Below are positions 12,916 to 28,400 of a DNA stretch of 64,000 nucleotides, piece by piece. Position 1 is the first letter of the stretch. Every line of letters starts with the position of its first letter. The stretch is taken from NCBI RefSeq assembly GCF_009914755.1, contig NC_060936.1; one strand, written 5' to 3'. The notes under the pieces are model-generated. The model ran no database searches, was not told the DNA's origin, and was given only the letters and a program-made list of their open reading frames with translations. The translations under genes were made by a program, and so were the position numbers. The stretch comes from the human T2T-CHM13v2.0 reference genome, Homo sapiens.

Positions 12916-14080
12916 TCTCAACCCCAGGGCTTGTGAGCAGGCTTGGCTCTGAGCTGGAGCTGGTCTGCTTCTGGTGGATGGTGGCCCTGTATGGACAACT
13001 CAGGCAGCTCTTGGTCCTTGATCTCCTCACCTTGTTGCGTTAGCATAGTGGTTCCACCTTAGCAAAAGATATCACTCCTTGCACCCTCATCCGGACGTCT
13101 GGGGAATCATACTTTTGGGGGATGTGGCTAACCTTGCCCAAAGCCTTTCTGTATTTGGGTTTTGGTGGATCCTGGGTCCACAGCTAAAGGGATGCAAGGC
13201 CTGAGTCGGGCAGAGATTCGGGTTCCTTGGCTGGTTTACTCAAGGATGGGGAAGGGAACATGAGAATTTAAATGAGAGAAGTGTGGGTCTTGGTTCAGGG
13301 CTGTGCACAGAAAGCAAACCCTGAATGAGAGAGGAGGAAGTAAAAGTCCATTTAAATACACTACACGTTCCATCATTCAGACAGACAACACCTTCAACTC
13401 ATGCTTAACTTGGCAAATTGTCATTAGATACAGATAATCATCAATGGATCTTGTAGCGTCATTTACGGGCAGTTCCCAGAAGGAAGATGACATTTCAAAC
13501 CAAATGGAGTTCAAAATTTCTGCTGCTCATTCGTAAACTGCTTGTGGCCTAACTCAGTTCCCAAGAGTCCTGTTAGTAATTCTGCCTTTGTCTTTTTCTT
13601 TCCTTTTACTTTAGCATTGGAGCCCCAAGGGCTCACCATCAGCATAGACTCTTCTCACCAATACCTTACCTACCTGGGATCTGTTGTATGAGAAATTCAG
13701 AAACCCCCTTTTTGCATAAGGAAACCATCAGGAGCTAAATCATTTTTTTACATACAAAGCTAAGTGGTTTTCAATATTACATGTTAACTACAGACCTTCA
13801 TTATGGAAAATGTTGTGCCTCTGGACTTACGGCAACCTCAAAATATTTCAACCTCAAAATATTTCGGACAAACCATTAAGTTTACTTGTAAATGGAAGCT
13901 AAAAGCCTACATTTTCCAGGTGAGAAAATCTACCTGAGCAGTTTTATTTTGCCTTATGGAAGGAACTATGACAGCACCATGGAAGAAAATCACCATGCTC
14001 TTAGCGACCCCTGAGAGGTGAGAAAGCAGCTGCTGGCCTCAGGGGATCTTGCCCTGTGTGCCTCAGAACTGGAGCTTGTG

Positions 14081-14353
14081 GGCAGGTCTTGGTGGCTCAC
14101 ACCTGTAATCTCAGCGCTTTGGGAAGCCCAGGCGAGAGGATCACTTGAGGTCAGGAGTTCGAGACCAGCCTGGGCAACATGGCAAAACCCTGTCTCTACT
14201 AAAAATACAGAAATTAGCCGGGCATGATGGCATGTGCCTGTCATCCCAACTACTTGAATCCACAGAGGTTGCAGTGAGCCAAGATCCTGCCACTGCACTC
14301 CAGCCTGGGTGACAGAGTGAGACTCTGACTCAAAAACAACAACAATAACAAAC
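14081..14353 (+). mobile_element. AluS element with internal deletion in right arm
   Basis: Alu consensus; the gggaggctgaggcaggagaatcgc segment is missing (ctacttgaatcc). Confidence 0.92.
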
Positions 14354-14820
14354 GAACTGGAGCTTCTGTTCAGATAGTTCATTTTCTGATGGGATTGCTG
14401 GGAGGAAAGTCAATGGACCCAGCAGAAGGGACCCACGAGGGGCTCTATTATGCTATTTGGCAAGAGAATGAGAAAGTAGAGGACAGGCTGGATGAATAGG
14501 GTACCATTGGCTTTTAATGGGCTCATGAAAATTCTTAGCTCAGTGAATTCTGGTTGGATGTAGTGTTGTCATCTGGCAGCCTTCCGAGCCAGTCAAACCA
14601 GGAGGTATTGTCATGTTGATGTGACCTCACCTGCAGTTCTATCATTTTTTCTTCATCCTGAGTTGCTTACTTGCATAGTCAACTACTGGTATGAGAGCAT
14701 GAGGTGGGTGAGACCCTGCTTGGTGTTTTGAAGATGTGTATTTAAGAAGAGACAAAGCATTTCCAACTGCAGGGGGACAGTCATGTGGATGCACATATAC
14801 ACAAGCCAATCCCTCTAAAT

Positions 14821-14821
<1 letters not shown>

Positions 14822-14853
<32 letters not shown>

Positions 14854-15133
14854 AGACAGAGTCTTGCTCTGTCGCCCAGGTTGGAGTGCAGTGGTGTGAT
14901 CTTGGCTCACTGCAAGCTCTGCCTCCCGGGTTCTCGCCATTCTCCTGTCTCAGCCTCCTGAGTAGCTGGGACTACAGGCGCCTGCCACCACACCCAGCTA
15001 ATTTTTTGTATTTTTAGTAGAGACGGGGTTTCAACGTGTTAGCCAGGATGGTCTTGATCTCCTGACCTTGTGATCTGCCCGCCTCGGCCTCCCAAAGTGC
15101 TGGGATTACAGGCATGAGCCACCGCACCCGGCC
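14822..15133 (-). mobile_element. AluY-like element
   Basis: Long poly-T; tgcaagctc…gccattctcc…ggatggtct AluY-type positions; TSD-like tctaaattcttt on both sides. Confidence 0.93.
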
Positions 15134-15207
15134 TCTAAATTCTTTACTAATAGAAAAGGGTTGGCCAGCAACTGAACCAAAAAAAAGAAAGATGAAAGCA
15201 ACATAAC

Positions 15208-15500
15208 GTATTAGTTTCCCACTGCTGCTGTAACACATAACTACACACTTCCTGCTTTAAAACAATGTAAGTTTATTCTTTACAATTCTGGAGGTCAGAA
15301 GTGTGAAATGCGTCTCACAAGGTTAAAACCAAGATGTTGGCAAGACTGGTTCCTTTTGAAGGCTTTAGGGGATGTTTCCTTTTCTTGCCTTGTCCAGCTT
15401 CTAGAGTTGACTTTTCCTTTTTAATTGCTTTACTCATGGTCTCTTTAAAGCCAGCAGCCTCACATCTTCACATCTCTCTTCACTTTGGTTGTCACATCCC
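15208..15500 (-). mobile_element. MLT1 LTR fragment
   Basis: tattagtttcccactgctgctgtaaca…aattctggaggtcagaagt…tccagcttctagag. Confidence 0.65.
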
Positions 15501-15719
15501 CTGTGACAATGTCCCGTATATAGACCCCTGTAATTATGTATAAATCTATAGAGATTTTCTGCTTCTCACTTTTTATAGAAAGCAGTTACTGCATCCAGAT
15601 TTGGGTAAAATCCAGAACCAGCTGCTGTAAATAAGGTCATAAAGGAAGAAAGGTAAATCAATGACTTCAGGATGTCAGGGCAAACAGGATAGTGGATAGG
15701 ATCTCTCACAGGTAAAAGG

Positions 15720-15950
15720 AGGCAGTAGAGTGTTAGTTCATTGAATGGACTTTGTTTAGAACCAGGTGGTTGAAATTGTGTCCCCATCACTTACTAGCCT
15801 TGTATTTTAAACAAGTGACTTAACTCTTTTTACCTCAGTCTCCTTTTCTGTAAAATAGTATCTACTTTGCAGGATTCTTTAAGGATGAATTGAATTAATA
15901 AATGCAAAGTGTTTCCACAACACCTAGCATGTAATAAATAATTCTTAGTT
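15720..15950 (+). mobile_element. MIR
   Basis: ggactttg…acttactagc…caagtgacttaactct…cctcagt…ctgtaaaatag. Confidence 0.65.
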
Positions 15951-17078
15951 ATTGCAATGACATTTCACTTATTGGATTCTGCTGATGATACATTCATGAT
16001 AATCTCCAGACAATATTGATCTCTTCTTTTCTCTGAGCTCTGGCAATGTGTAAAACTTTAATCAAACAGTTTAATTTGGATTTTCTTTTATTGTTAGTTA
16101 GTTTATATTTCATCTGTCTCTCTATCTATATATATTTCCAACAATAACTTTTTCTTTTTCTAAATCATAAGTCCCTCAAGGCCATGGCTGTTTGTCTTTC
16201 ACTTTTTTTTGTTGTTGTTGTTCTTTCCCAACCTTGACTTTTGATTGCCTTGATAAGTTAATTCACATAGAGACCTACACTTAAGTTTGTGCTTTGTAAG
16301 AAAGCTATGTTTGTACATTGAAGAAAAGCATTGACCAAGCAATTTAGTCATGTAAGCATAAATGCTGAAGGGATGTTGATGGTACTTGAAATTATGCTGT
16401 GTGGGCATTTGAGAAATACCCATTCGCATGCATACCATTGATATGGCCATGATAACATACTTTCAATGAATCATTAAAACATGTTCTCTAGGAATATGTC
16501 ACATCACCAGGCACCATGTGTTTCATCTTCCTTCATGTGCTTGAAAACAATGGTCTGCATTGGGAAAAGGATGCACAATATTCCATACATGATGTTGACC
16601 CCCTCAAGCTAGTTAGGATTACAAGTGTGTTATTATTTACAAAGAAAGGTCAGGTCTGGGGCTATAAACTGACCCTGGTTCTGCTCAAGTGAGCTGTGAG
16701 GAACCCACATCTATTTCCCAGCCCCACTTTTTTCAGTGTTGATCACATGTAAGGCAGACTCCTCAGTATAATGAGAGGGCTAGAACAGGATACAGATGAG
16801 GGAAGTGGGCTGGGCCAGGGGAGGAGGTGGACAACAGGGAATGGTGGGAACTGTGGGGAACCTTAGAATGTAGGCACCCACCAAAGATAACAGTAACCAC
16901 GCAGATCCAGCTGCATGTCTGGGTGGACATGCATGCCAGCTAAGTGGAGGGAGCTGGGGCAGGGGCAGGGCCATATTCCTGGTTGGGTAACTTATGGATA
17001 CTTCTTACAGTATCTCTGTCTTACTGACATCATCGATGAAGACTCAGTATCTAAAGTAAGCATATTGGACATTCAATG

Positions 17079-17673
17079 TGTAACCAAAAAGCAGGTCAGT
17101 TGCTTGTCACATGCAGAGTCCAGTTAGCCAGAGTGAGGTCTGGTATAACAAAAGTAAATTTATTCTGAAGCTAGCTTGGGGGAAGGGGCACAAAGCATCT
17201 TTAAGGATGAAATGAGTTAATAAATGTGCCATTTCCCTTTTGGAGCAGAAAGCAAACACTTCCATAAGGCAGTGAGGGTCAGTGAGCAAGGGACGGGTTC
17301 CTCCTGCTAGCTCGGTGCCTTATCTACCTGACGGTTGAGTTGGCACCTTCCTGGGCAGAAGTAAGATGTAAAAATGGTTAAGCAGGCATACTTTTGATAT
17401 ACCCTCCCAGAGGCTGGAAGTTCTGAGGCAACCCCTGGAAGTGAATATTCCACAGCGGGCATGATTGGGTCTGTAAATCGATTGTTAGCTCTTCAGGAAT
17501 TAGATGATCTTGTCCTCTAAGAAGTATCTGGTGAAGGAAGAGGTAAAAGGCTGTATTTTCGTCTCTGAAGGACTAAGTGGGAAGCAGCAAGTGGGAAAGG
17601 GGAAAGGAGAAAAAGAAGAGAAAATAATTTAAAAATAATTAAACTATTAGGAAAATAGGGGTACTCGATTGCA
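17079..17673 (-). mobile_element. ERV1-type solo LTR (subfamily uncertain)
   Basis: Termini tgtaacc… and …ggggtactcgattgca; minus-strand AATAAA (tttatt at ~17159). Confidence 0.5.
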
Positions 17674-20589
17674 ATTGGGCATTGATTTATTGTGGGTACT
17701 GAGCTCATGCTCTCCATCTTATGATTCGAAAATATCCTGTTGAATCCCAACTGCAAGTTTTTTCTCTGAGGCAATTACCTTTGTGTCTGTACCATCAGGG
17801 GCATACTCTTGGTGTTTCTTTTCCAGCATCAACAGTTTTATCAGGTTGTAAATAGGCTTGCCATTGAATAATTATATTTTTAGATGCATTTTGTTGCTTT
17901 GAGCAATGCGTTGAGTAGGCATTTATGTTGGTTTTGATCATCTCTACCTAATATCGCTTGCTGTCTTGTCACAAAAATACTCTGATGAGTACTTTGGGGG
18001 ATGCACTTCTCGCGTAGCCTGTGGATCAGGGAAAACTGATATACTTCAGGTGCCCAGGGTGGGTCACATGACCATGGCTGGGCTCATCAGCAAATTCTAT
18101 TCTCCTAATTCAAGTGATTGGTTTAAAGATGGGCACATAACACATCTGATGATACAAGGAGATTCGCAAAATTCTTCTTTGGGTACTTCTTGGAAATCAG
18201 TTTTTAGTAGTTCTTGCTGAACTTGAAGGAAATCAAACATGATATTTTTCTTCCCATGAAAAGGAGATTGAATAAGGATCTGACACCGTTGAAATCAGAG
18301 TTACGAGTTGAGTAAAAATGTCTAAATGAAGTTTTCTGAACTTTGATTTTCAGCTGTGATTGGAAGTCACTCTATCTCTAGACATTCCATTTATGACTGT
18401 CATTAACTTTTGTTTAAGCTCATTTGAATTGAACTTTTTGTTTCATCACAATGGGAAGAATCCTTGTAGATGGATGGAAAGAGCGAGTGAATGAAGGCCA
18501 GTTTGAATTCGAATCCCTAAGTAAATGAACTCGACTATGACATTTATCTGAGCTGACTCTTATGTTTATGGGGCAAACAATTGAGTTACTTCATGGTGTT
18601 CTTGGTGGATATTAGGAAGTAGATCCCATGTGACGGGGGCGAAATTGAATTTCAGAGAGATGAAGTGATTTGTCTCACTAGATAATATGAGTTGATGACA
18701 GACTTAGATTTCCAACATGGATTTTTTTTTTGGCCTCTGTTATAAGCCTCAGCTGCCCCTAATCAGTTAATAACAGAGTTTTCTGAATTATTAGCACATT
18801 TCTGATACTATCTAAACAGTCTCTGAAATGTCCAATTTGGAATAAATATAAATGTAAATTGGAACAAGGTGTACACAATTTTCTACTGCTCAACAGCTGA
18901 TATTGCCTATAAATGATTAAAATTCCTATTAGATTAAGGTCTAATTTTTCTACTTAATATTTGTAGTAATGCATGCTAGTTTCACATCTGGATCCTTGTG
19001 GGCATCTAACACATCGACTTCAAATCCCTTCACTCTGGTTTCACGTTATGCCTTTTCATCTCCACTTAGCCCATGAAACTGCAATGTTGATTAAGAAAGA
19101 GCCATGTGATTTATTTCAACTTTTTATCAGGTTAAAGGGTCATAGTTGTACCAATTAAAAACTGTGTTGAGTAAGTAATTCTTGCTGCTGTAACAAATGA
19201 ACCTCCGCATTTCAGTGGCTTTCCGTGTTCAAAGTTGTATTTCTTACACCCACAATGATCTAACATCACTGATGATGGTTGGCACGTGGTTTACTTCCCT
19301 GTCTTAATTTCTGCCATGGCCTAGGGCCTTTAAATTATCTTCTCCAGCTGATGGAGGGAAAGAGAGAGATGTGTAGACACATCTAAACCATCTAACTTGG
19401 AAGTGATACTCATTTCTTTTGCTCACATCCCATTGGTTACAACTAGTACCACATCTGGAAGCAAAGCTAGGGAGGCTGTGAAACAGTCCCTATAGACCGT
19501 AGCCCTAACTGCCCCTCTTAATAATTTGCAGAAACATACATGGTAATTGAGTATACAGCAAACTCTTTCTGCCACAAAAACAATGCCTCTCTCTGCCATT
19601 TCACCACGTTTCTAATTGCAACCGGCTGTTCAGCGATAAATTTACCTGCGTGGCTACTTTTTATATTTATGGAGCTGAACTCTACTCAGTTTAAGGAAGT
19701 CTCCTCTTCTTCTGAGATATAAATTAGAAACAAATTATTGGCTTTCAATGTTTGATGTCTGGAATAACAAGCCTAAATGAGATCCCTCTAGTGTCGGGAC
19801 TTTTGTCTGAACCCAAAAGAGAAAGCCAGGTTCATTGTCCTTGCTTTATTTGTGTTTCTGGAGGAGTTCTAAGACAGAAGGAAGATGCACTTGATGACAT
19901 ACTGGGCAGGTACTGGGGGTAACTGTACATCTGAAACAAATATCAGAGCGTGGACACCAACTGAGGAGAGAGCAAGAGAAGAGAGTGCTGGTGGCTTACA
20001 GGCGGATTTGTTATTATTATTTATAAGCTGGCCTCAACCTATTTCCTACCTGAGTTTATAGCTGATGCCACCTCCTGCAAATTTCCTTTCAGATACTCAA
20101 TGTCTTTTCTGCAGTGCCCGATGGCCTTTTACATTTGTGTGCTTTTGTCAGACTGGCCCAAGTTTTCTGCAACGTCTTCTGCCTGTCCTTGCTCTGACTG
20201 GCAAACTCCTCCTTAATCCTCAAGATTCAGTGCAAATGTTATCTCTTCCATGAAGTGGTCCCTAAAAATTCTCTAGGTCATTAGTTGATCCAGCTGGTTG
20301 CTTTCATAACACTTGGAATTATTTTATTATAGCGCTTAATCACATTGCATTTCAATCTCATTTAAGAACTGCTTTCTAAGGGAAATCTTGGACCTCTCTG
20401 CAGGGGCTTGTGACTTTTGTCATTGTGCAGAGGCTGAAGGTGTTCTTAAGGTGAGCATCTTGGCTAGCCTCTTCACTTTCCATAATTCAAATATATTGAT
20501 TGCTTAAAATATAGATATAGAATACAAGTTTGTATGTAACAAAAAGTATTTTTTCTACTGTTGTTAAAGTAATACACATATACAGTAAA

Positions 20590-20852
20590 AATAGAGCAGG
20601 AAGAATAAGTTCAAGAGAACTGTTGTACAACATAGTGACTATAGTTAATAATGATGTGTTCTCAAAAATTGCTGAGAGTTGATTTTAAGTCTTCTCACTA
20701 CAAAAAATGAAATGTGAGGTGATGCATAGGTTAATGGGCTCTATTTGGCCATTCCATAAGATATGTATATATATATATATATAGTTACAACATTATTCTG
20801 TACACAATAAATATATTTAATTGTTATCTGTCAATTACAAAATAAATAAATT
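20590..20852 (+). mobile_element. L1M 3' end fragment
   Basis: caggaagaataagttcaagaga…atagtgactatagttaataat…aataaataaa. Confidence 0.7.
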
Positions 20853-22606
20853 CAGATGACCATCAGTCCCTCTCTACAGTTTGCTCCCTGTCCAGAGGCA
20901 GGCACATCTAACATCTCCTACTTTTATTTCTTTTTGTAATTACTTCTGTAACACTAAATAATGTTAACACATCTATGTCTTCCTTAAATATATTTATAGA
21001 AGCTAAGGATTTAGCATACTTTTTCTGCCTCTTACTTTCCAGTATATCATTGAGAATTGTCTTGAGCTGCAAGTAACAGAAAACTTCTCTACGGTTGCTT
21101 AGCTACATAGAGATTTGTTTAATTCTCAACATAATGAAGAATCCAGAGGTAAGTGCTCCAGGGCTATTCAAGAGAGTTATCAAGGATCTAGGTCCTTTCT
21201 GGCTTTGTACACCACCATGCTGAATGTATAACGTCGGGTCACAGTGATTGCAGAATTCCTGCTCCACCTCAGTTTCTTCTCAAGATGCCAGCATCAGCAA
21301 CGACACTGGAAAGCTTGGCATTTGGAGGTTAGCTAAATTTATTTAGAGAAGATTCCTTTGCTTTGTTTTCCACTGAGGTAAATACAAAGCATTCTAACTT
21401 CTCAGTGGGGGGAGGTAGGGAAATGGAGATGAATATTCCATACACAAAATGTTAATCAGTTTTCTTGCATTCAACCTCACTTTTCTCTCCCATCTACCAC
21501 TATATTTGCCAATGTGGAATCAGGGGCCCCTGTGGGATTCCAAAGAGGACCCTCTTGGCATCTTCACTGTTCTCCAGACTGTGGTGTCTTTTGTTTCTGT
21601 TCCATCTTACACTTTAACAGTTTTTATCCACTCTCCATCTTCCACTGTTTTAGATAAACACTTTCTCTTGCTGATGGTTTGCATCTTACACTGTTTGCTG
21701 AAAAGTATTTGTTTTGATACTTCAGTGGTATTTAGTGGGGTATCTGTGGACATGTGAGCTGAATGCATGGATTCATGGCCATGGATTCTTCAGAAAAGAG
21801 AACATCCAATATTTTAAGTCACATATTATGTAACTTTTGTGTTTGTAAATGCATTAAAATATAACCAAAGACAGTCATCATCATACTGTTCACACCCATA
21901 TCCGTGATCAAAATCTAAATTTATTGTTGGCAGAAGGAGCTTAACCAAAAGTTCTACAGTTAATTTTTAAGAAGAAGGAATTTTATCATCAATAAAATGG
22001 TGATATAGAAGGTTGTTGAGAAGACAATAATACTCCCATATAATAAAATATATTGTAAGACTACATGAATCAAACTGTCTTGGTACTAGCACTTAGAGGC
22101 GCAAATCAATGCAATATAATACACCACTCAAAAGCAGACACTAGTATTTATAAAATCTAGTATGAATTAAGGAGAAAGCAACAAGTTATTTGAACATGGT
22201 ATGGAGAAAATAACTGGCAATTTGGGAAAACACTGTTAGGGTCACTACTTCGGCCAGTATGATAATTGAGTGAAATCTGAGTTTAAAATGGAGATTGAGA
22301 GATGCATGTTAATTAGAGTGCAACTGCTCTGCCAAAAACTGAATATTTCAATTTAATTTTGAAAATTTTTACAGGAAGGAATCATTCCTCTGCTTGTTGA
22401 ATTTAGAAAAAATTCAGCAGATGTCAGTCTGTGATTTATGATCATGTTCCCATTTCACATCATATGCCAAAATAAATTTTAAAGGAATTCCAGAGCTAAA
22501 TTTAAAATCTGCAGCTAGCTAGACATACACACAGAGATAGCACTAGAAGAATATATTATATATATATGTATACATTTTTCATATATGTGAATATGAATAT
22601 CTGATC

Positions 22607-23268
22607 TTTATTAGAATTATCCAGAGAAACAGAGCCAATAATTTGAGTTATCTCCTTATTTTATATATAATATATACAATGTTATGCAATTTTATGTGTG
22701 TATATATATACACCCGTACATAAAATACATATATATGTATTTTCATGAATAAATATATATTCATATATAAAAATATATATTCATATATACATATATATAT
22801 ATATGAGAAAGACATTGGCTCATATGGTTATGAAGACTGAGAAGTCCCAAGATCTACAGTCAACAAACTGGAGACCCAGGAGAGTGGATGTGTACTTTCA
22901 GTCCAAGTTCAAAGGCCTGATAAATAGGAGAGTTGATAGTATAAATTTCAGTCTGAATGTTGGCAGCCCTGAAAACTAAGAAGAGCTGAGGTTTCAGTCC
23001 AAAACTGAAGCACAGAAAAGGCCAATATCTCATCTCAATCAGTCAGGCCAAGAGAGTTGCTTCTTATTCAACATTTTTATTCTTTTCAGCTCTTCAACTG
23101 ATTGGAGGATGTCCACTCACATTGGAGAGGGCAATCTGCTTTTCTCAAAGTTCAGCCACTCAAATGTTCATTCATCCAGAAATGCCCTTGAAGATACACA
23201 CAATATAACATCTGGCCAAATATCTGGGCACCCTGTGGCCCAGATTGACACATAAAATTAAACCTCAC
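22607..23268 (-). mobile_element. MLT2-type (ERVL) LTR with internal TA-rich tract
   Basis: ccagagaaacagagccaata…ttggctcatatggttatgaagactgagaagtccc…ttgacacataaaattaa. Confidence 0.75.
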
Positions 23269-24372
23269 CATCTTGCCTAGGGGAAGGATTTTCTCATCAT
23301 AAATGCCATTGTAGAAATCATGAAAGAAATGATTAGTACTTCCTACTGTGTCTTAAGTTTCATGCTTTTGCCTTCACTATAGAATACGCATGTGCATAGA
23401 AGCTCGTCAGAAATATATAATCTCAAACTATGCTTCTTAACTCTTATTAAGAATTCAGCTGCTCTTAGGAAGAGGTTTTACAACAAAATAATGTTCTTAA
23501 GGGTAAGAATTAGAGTCAACCTTGCACATTTGTGAGTTCTGCATTTCAGTAATACTGTATTTTCCACCTGCAGTTGGTTGAATCCATGGATGCAGAACCC
23601 AAGGATATGACGGGCCAACTGTACAAGCTATTCTCTATGGTCATGTTCTAGGTTCTCTCTCTGTGAAGTCTTACCATCCAGCAGCAATTGGCTTCTCTGG
23701 AACTACACTACTTTGTTCCCTGTGGAATCTCTTTTATTGGAATGCCCTTTTGTGGTGTACCCCCCTCCCTTTGTTTTAAAAGTTGGATAGGAAGCATCTG
23801 GATAAAGTTCATCTTGTCTGTGTGTGTAAATGCCTTTGTGTCTCTAAAGATTTTCTTCCGAGACACCCATTAGCATAATTTCTCTTAGTCCCTGTAGCCA
23901 TGAAAAACTATTGTCATTCGTCTTATAGAAAGTACCAGTCTCATATCATATTGTGATTTGAGAGCTGAACATTTCAGAGGCGAACTCGGTGTTCTTCAGG
24001 CTTTGCTTAGAGTATTAGATGTTGATTTTTGCTAACCTTTTCCCTGTCTGCATAGCATAGTGGCTAAGAACATGGACTCTAGAGCCAGGTGGCTGGAGTC
24101 AAACCCAAGCTTTGTTACTCACCAGCTCCATGCTCTTGGGAAAGGCGCTTCACTTGGAGGGTTGCTTTGGTACATATTATTGTGTGGGGGCTTCTATTTA
24201 ATAGGCCTTTTGTGCACTCAATAGAGTAAGAACTATCTGACTTCTCTCCAGATGGCTGAGCCAGTTCATGTTCAAGTCAGCAACAAATGTGGGTGCTGAA
24301 ATCCACCCATCCCTGGAAATATTTGGCATTATTCATCTTCGTAAGTTGTCCTAATTAAAAATTGTCATATAA

Positions 24373-24861
24373 CAGGTCCCGGTGTGTGATGTTCCCCTTC
24401 CTGTGTCCATGTGTTCTCATTGTTTAATTCCCACCTCTGAGTGAGAACATGCGGTGTTTGGTTTTTTGTCCTTGCGATAGTTTGCTGAGAATGATGGCTT
24501 CCAGCTTCATCCATGTCCCTACAAAGGACGTGAACTCATCATTTTTTATGGCTGCGTAGTATTCCATGGTGTATATGTGCCACTTTCTTAATCCAGTCTA
24601 TCATTGTTGGACATTTGGGTTGTTTCCAAGTCTTTGCTATTGTGAATAGTGCAGCAATAAACATATGTGTGCATGTGTCTTGCCTGTTGTGGGGAGGGGG
24701 GAGGGGGGAGGGATAGCATTAGGAGATATACCTAATGTTAAATGAAGAGTTAATGAGTGCAGCACAGCAACATGGCACATGTATACATATGTAACGAACC
24801 TGCACATTGTGCACATGTACCCTAAAACTTAAAGTATAATTAAAAAAAACAAAAAACAAAC
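24373..24861. mobile_element. 5'-truncated, 5'-inverted L1PA (twin-priming product)
   Basis: Antisense L1 3' segment 24373-~24681 joined to a sense 3' UTR and A-tail ~24682-24861; 16-bp TSD AAAAATTGTCATATAA at 24357-24372 and 24862-24877. Confidence 0.92.
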
Positions 24862-25095
24862 AAAAATTGTCATATAATATGTTGTTTTTTTATAATTTGC
24901 ACTTTATAAATACTGATGAGTTTGAAAACCTTGTCATGTGGGTGTTAGCTTTATATGTTTCCTCTTCTGCAATTGCTTACTCATATTCGCTGGATGTTTT
25001 AAGTGTTCCTTCTTTCACTCAATGATTAGCAGAAATTCTTTATATATTGTATAGGGTAATTCCTAGTTATAGACATTGTATACATAAGATACTAA

Positions 25096-25545
<450 letters not shown>

Positions 25546-25702
25546 ATGCCAGGCATTGTCAGATGGTATGAATGGAGTGAGTCAGCTGTAGTCTCTGTCC
25601 TTATGGAAGTCACTTCTGTTCATTAAGACAGGCATATAACACAAAAATTTGAATGGGCTTCATGTTTCTAAGACAGGGAGTATTCAAGAAGGCCATAGTA
25701 AC

Positions 25703-26166
25703 TGTGATGGTTAATACTGAGTGTCAACTTGATTGGATTGAAGGATGCAAAGTATTGATCCTGATGCAAAATATTGGTGTGTCTGTGAGGGTGTTGCCAA
25801 AGGAGGTTAATGTTTGAGTCAGTGGGCTGGGAAAGGCAGACCCACCCTTAATCTGGGAAGGGACCATCTAATCAGCTTCCAGCATGGCTAGAACGTAAAG
25901 CAGACAGAAAAACGTGAAAAGACTAGACTGGCCTAGCCTCCCAGCCTGCATCTTTCTCCCATGCTGGATGCATCCTGCCCTTGAACATCAGACTCCAGGT
26001 TCTCCAGTTTTGGGACTGGGACTGGCTCTCCTTGCTCCTCAGCTTGAAGACAGCCTATTGTGGGACCTTGTGATCATGTGAATTAATACTTAATAAACTT
26101 CCCTTCATCCTATTAGTTCCCTGTATCCTATTAGTTCTGTCCCTGTAGAGAACCCTGACTAATACA
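25703..26166 (+). mobile_element. MLT2A-type (HERV-L) solo LTR
   Basis: tgtgatggttaatactgagtgtcaacttgattgg…agagaaccctgactaataca; TSD GTAAC/GTAGC. Confidence 0.92.
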
Positions 26167-27838
26167 GTAGCCTTGTCTGAAAGGTGTAGAAGGTTTCTTC
26201 AGGGAGGTGACACATGAGCTAAGAGCAGAAGGACTGGACAGAGGCAACCAGTGAAAGGGTGACAGGTGGGTGGGGGTGGAAAAAAGGGGGAAAGTATGGC
26301 TGGATGCAGAGAACAAAGGGGAGTGTTGCAGGAGATTGGAAGGGTGGGAGTGGCTGAGGGAGCTGAGGCCTCAGAGGCCGTGTTAAATAGTTTGACCTTT
26401 GCCCTAATAGCAATGGAAAGTTACATCAAGGACACCAGTCTTTAGTTTTAGAAAGTGATAAGTTGACTGGCAGATCCCAGAGTGGCCGCTAGAAGACTGA
26501 GGATGAGGTGTTTGATTTGACCCAGGAGTGAGGCAATGGCTCTGGGAAACTCAGGAGAGAGTTTTAGGTGACGAAGGTGGCAAACGTAAGGCTCTTCCTT
26601 ATGAGTCTGAAAGAATTCCTCTTTGTACTTCGTGGATTTCCAAGAAACCCTTGAATAGCCGCCTCCTTTTCTCATCACTTTGTGTGGGTTTTATAGCTGT
26701 GTGTGTGTATGTGTGATAGTGTGTAAAATATATCTGCTGTGTGCCAGTGGATTATGGGGAACTGGCTCAATTTGCCTCTTTAATATTTTGTAATTGCTTT
26801 ATAATGAGTTGTGTTATAAGTGGTTTTCAGGAAATTCAAAGAGACGGGGCTAAACAGAGAGGCAGGGGACACATTGTCATATTACTTTCCTGTCTGGAGG
26901 GCATTGATCTAAGACTATTTCATCAAATCTATTCCGAACGTGGAACATGCCATGTATTTCCATGTAAGGTCTATTAGGAAAAAAAGGTTCTGCCTCTACT
27001 GTGTTTTAAAATGACTATCGCTGTCATTTATTATAAATGAAAGATTTTAAAACTTCCTTAACAAGAAGCAGGAAGATAATGAGTTATGGAATGGTGTCAT
27101 TTGTACACTCTAAAATTGCAAACCTAGGTATACTTTCTTTTTTAATTATACAAAATTGGGATTCTATCTCAGTTTTCTAAATCCACGATTCTCTTTGCAG
27201 AGAATTAATAACTTTTCTTTTTTTGTTCTTATTTTATGTAAACTTCTAGGCTAGCTCTTAAGCCAGTATATTACACCTCACCCATGCATGCCCCTGTCTC
27301 CCATGGGGAGCTCTCTGCAGACAGGATGCTGACTTGGGACTGTCTGTGTCCACAGCACCTAGCACAGGACTGTCAGCTTGTAAGCACTCATTAAGTGTCT
27401 ATTGACTTGAAGTAAGTTTGTAACACAGTATAAGAAAATTTGCCAGCCACCTCCAGAGTCTCTAGCTATGACTGTTGTTCCCCTGTGGCAATGCTGTTGC
27501 ATGTGCTACTTAATAAGTGTATTTGAGTGTTTTATCCAAATAGAAAATCACACCTTTACACAGTAATTGTGCTTTATTGGGTTTTGACAAAGGAGCTTCC
27601 TTCCTGCCCTGAGGTTTGAATGTCAGGATCAATATTAGAAGCACTTTCTCCAGAGGCGAAAAGTTAAACGATCAGCCAGTGAAACTGGTCATTTTAGATT
27701 TCCTGGGTTTGGAAATTGGTGATGATTTATAGATGCTATTTATAGCTTTCATTGAGTGAAAATATAGAAAGGCACTACTTTTCTCTGAAAATTTGCAGGA
27801 ATTTTGCCTGTGAATTAAAGGACCTGCTCTTTCTATGA

Positions 27839-28400
<562 letters not shown>

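Noticed and set aside
13832-13866. 16-bp tandem duplication (caacctcaaaatattt x2) and a similar ~33-bp duplication at ~31540/31597
   Set aside because: Ordinary slippage duplications with no further structure.
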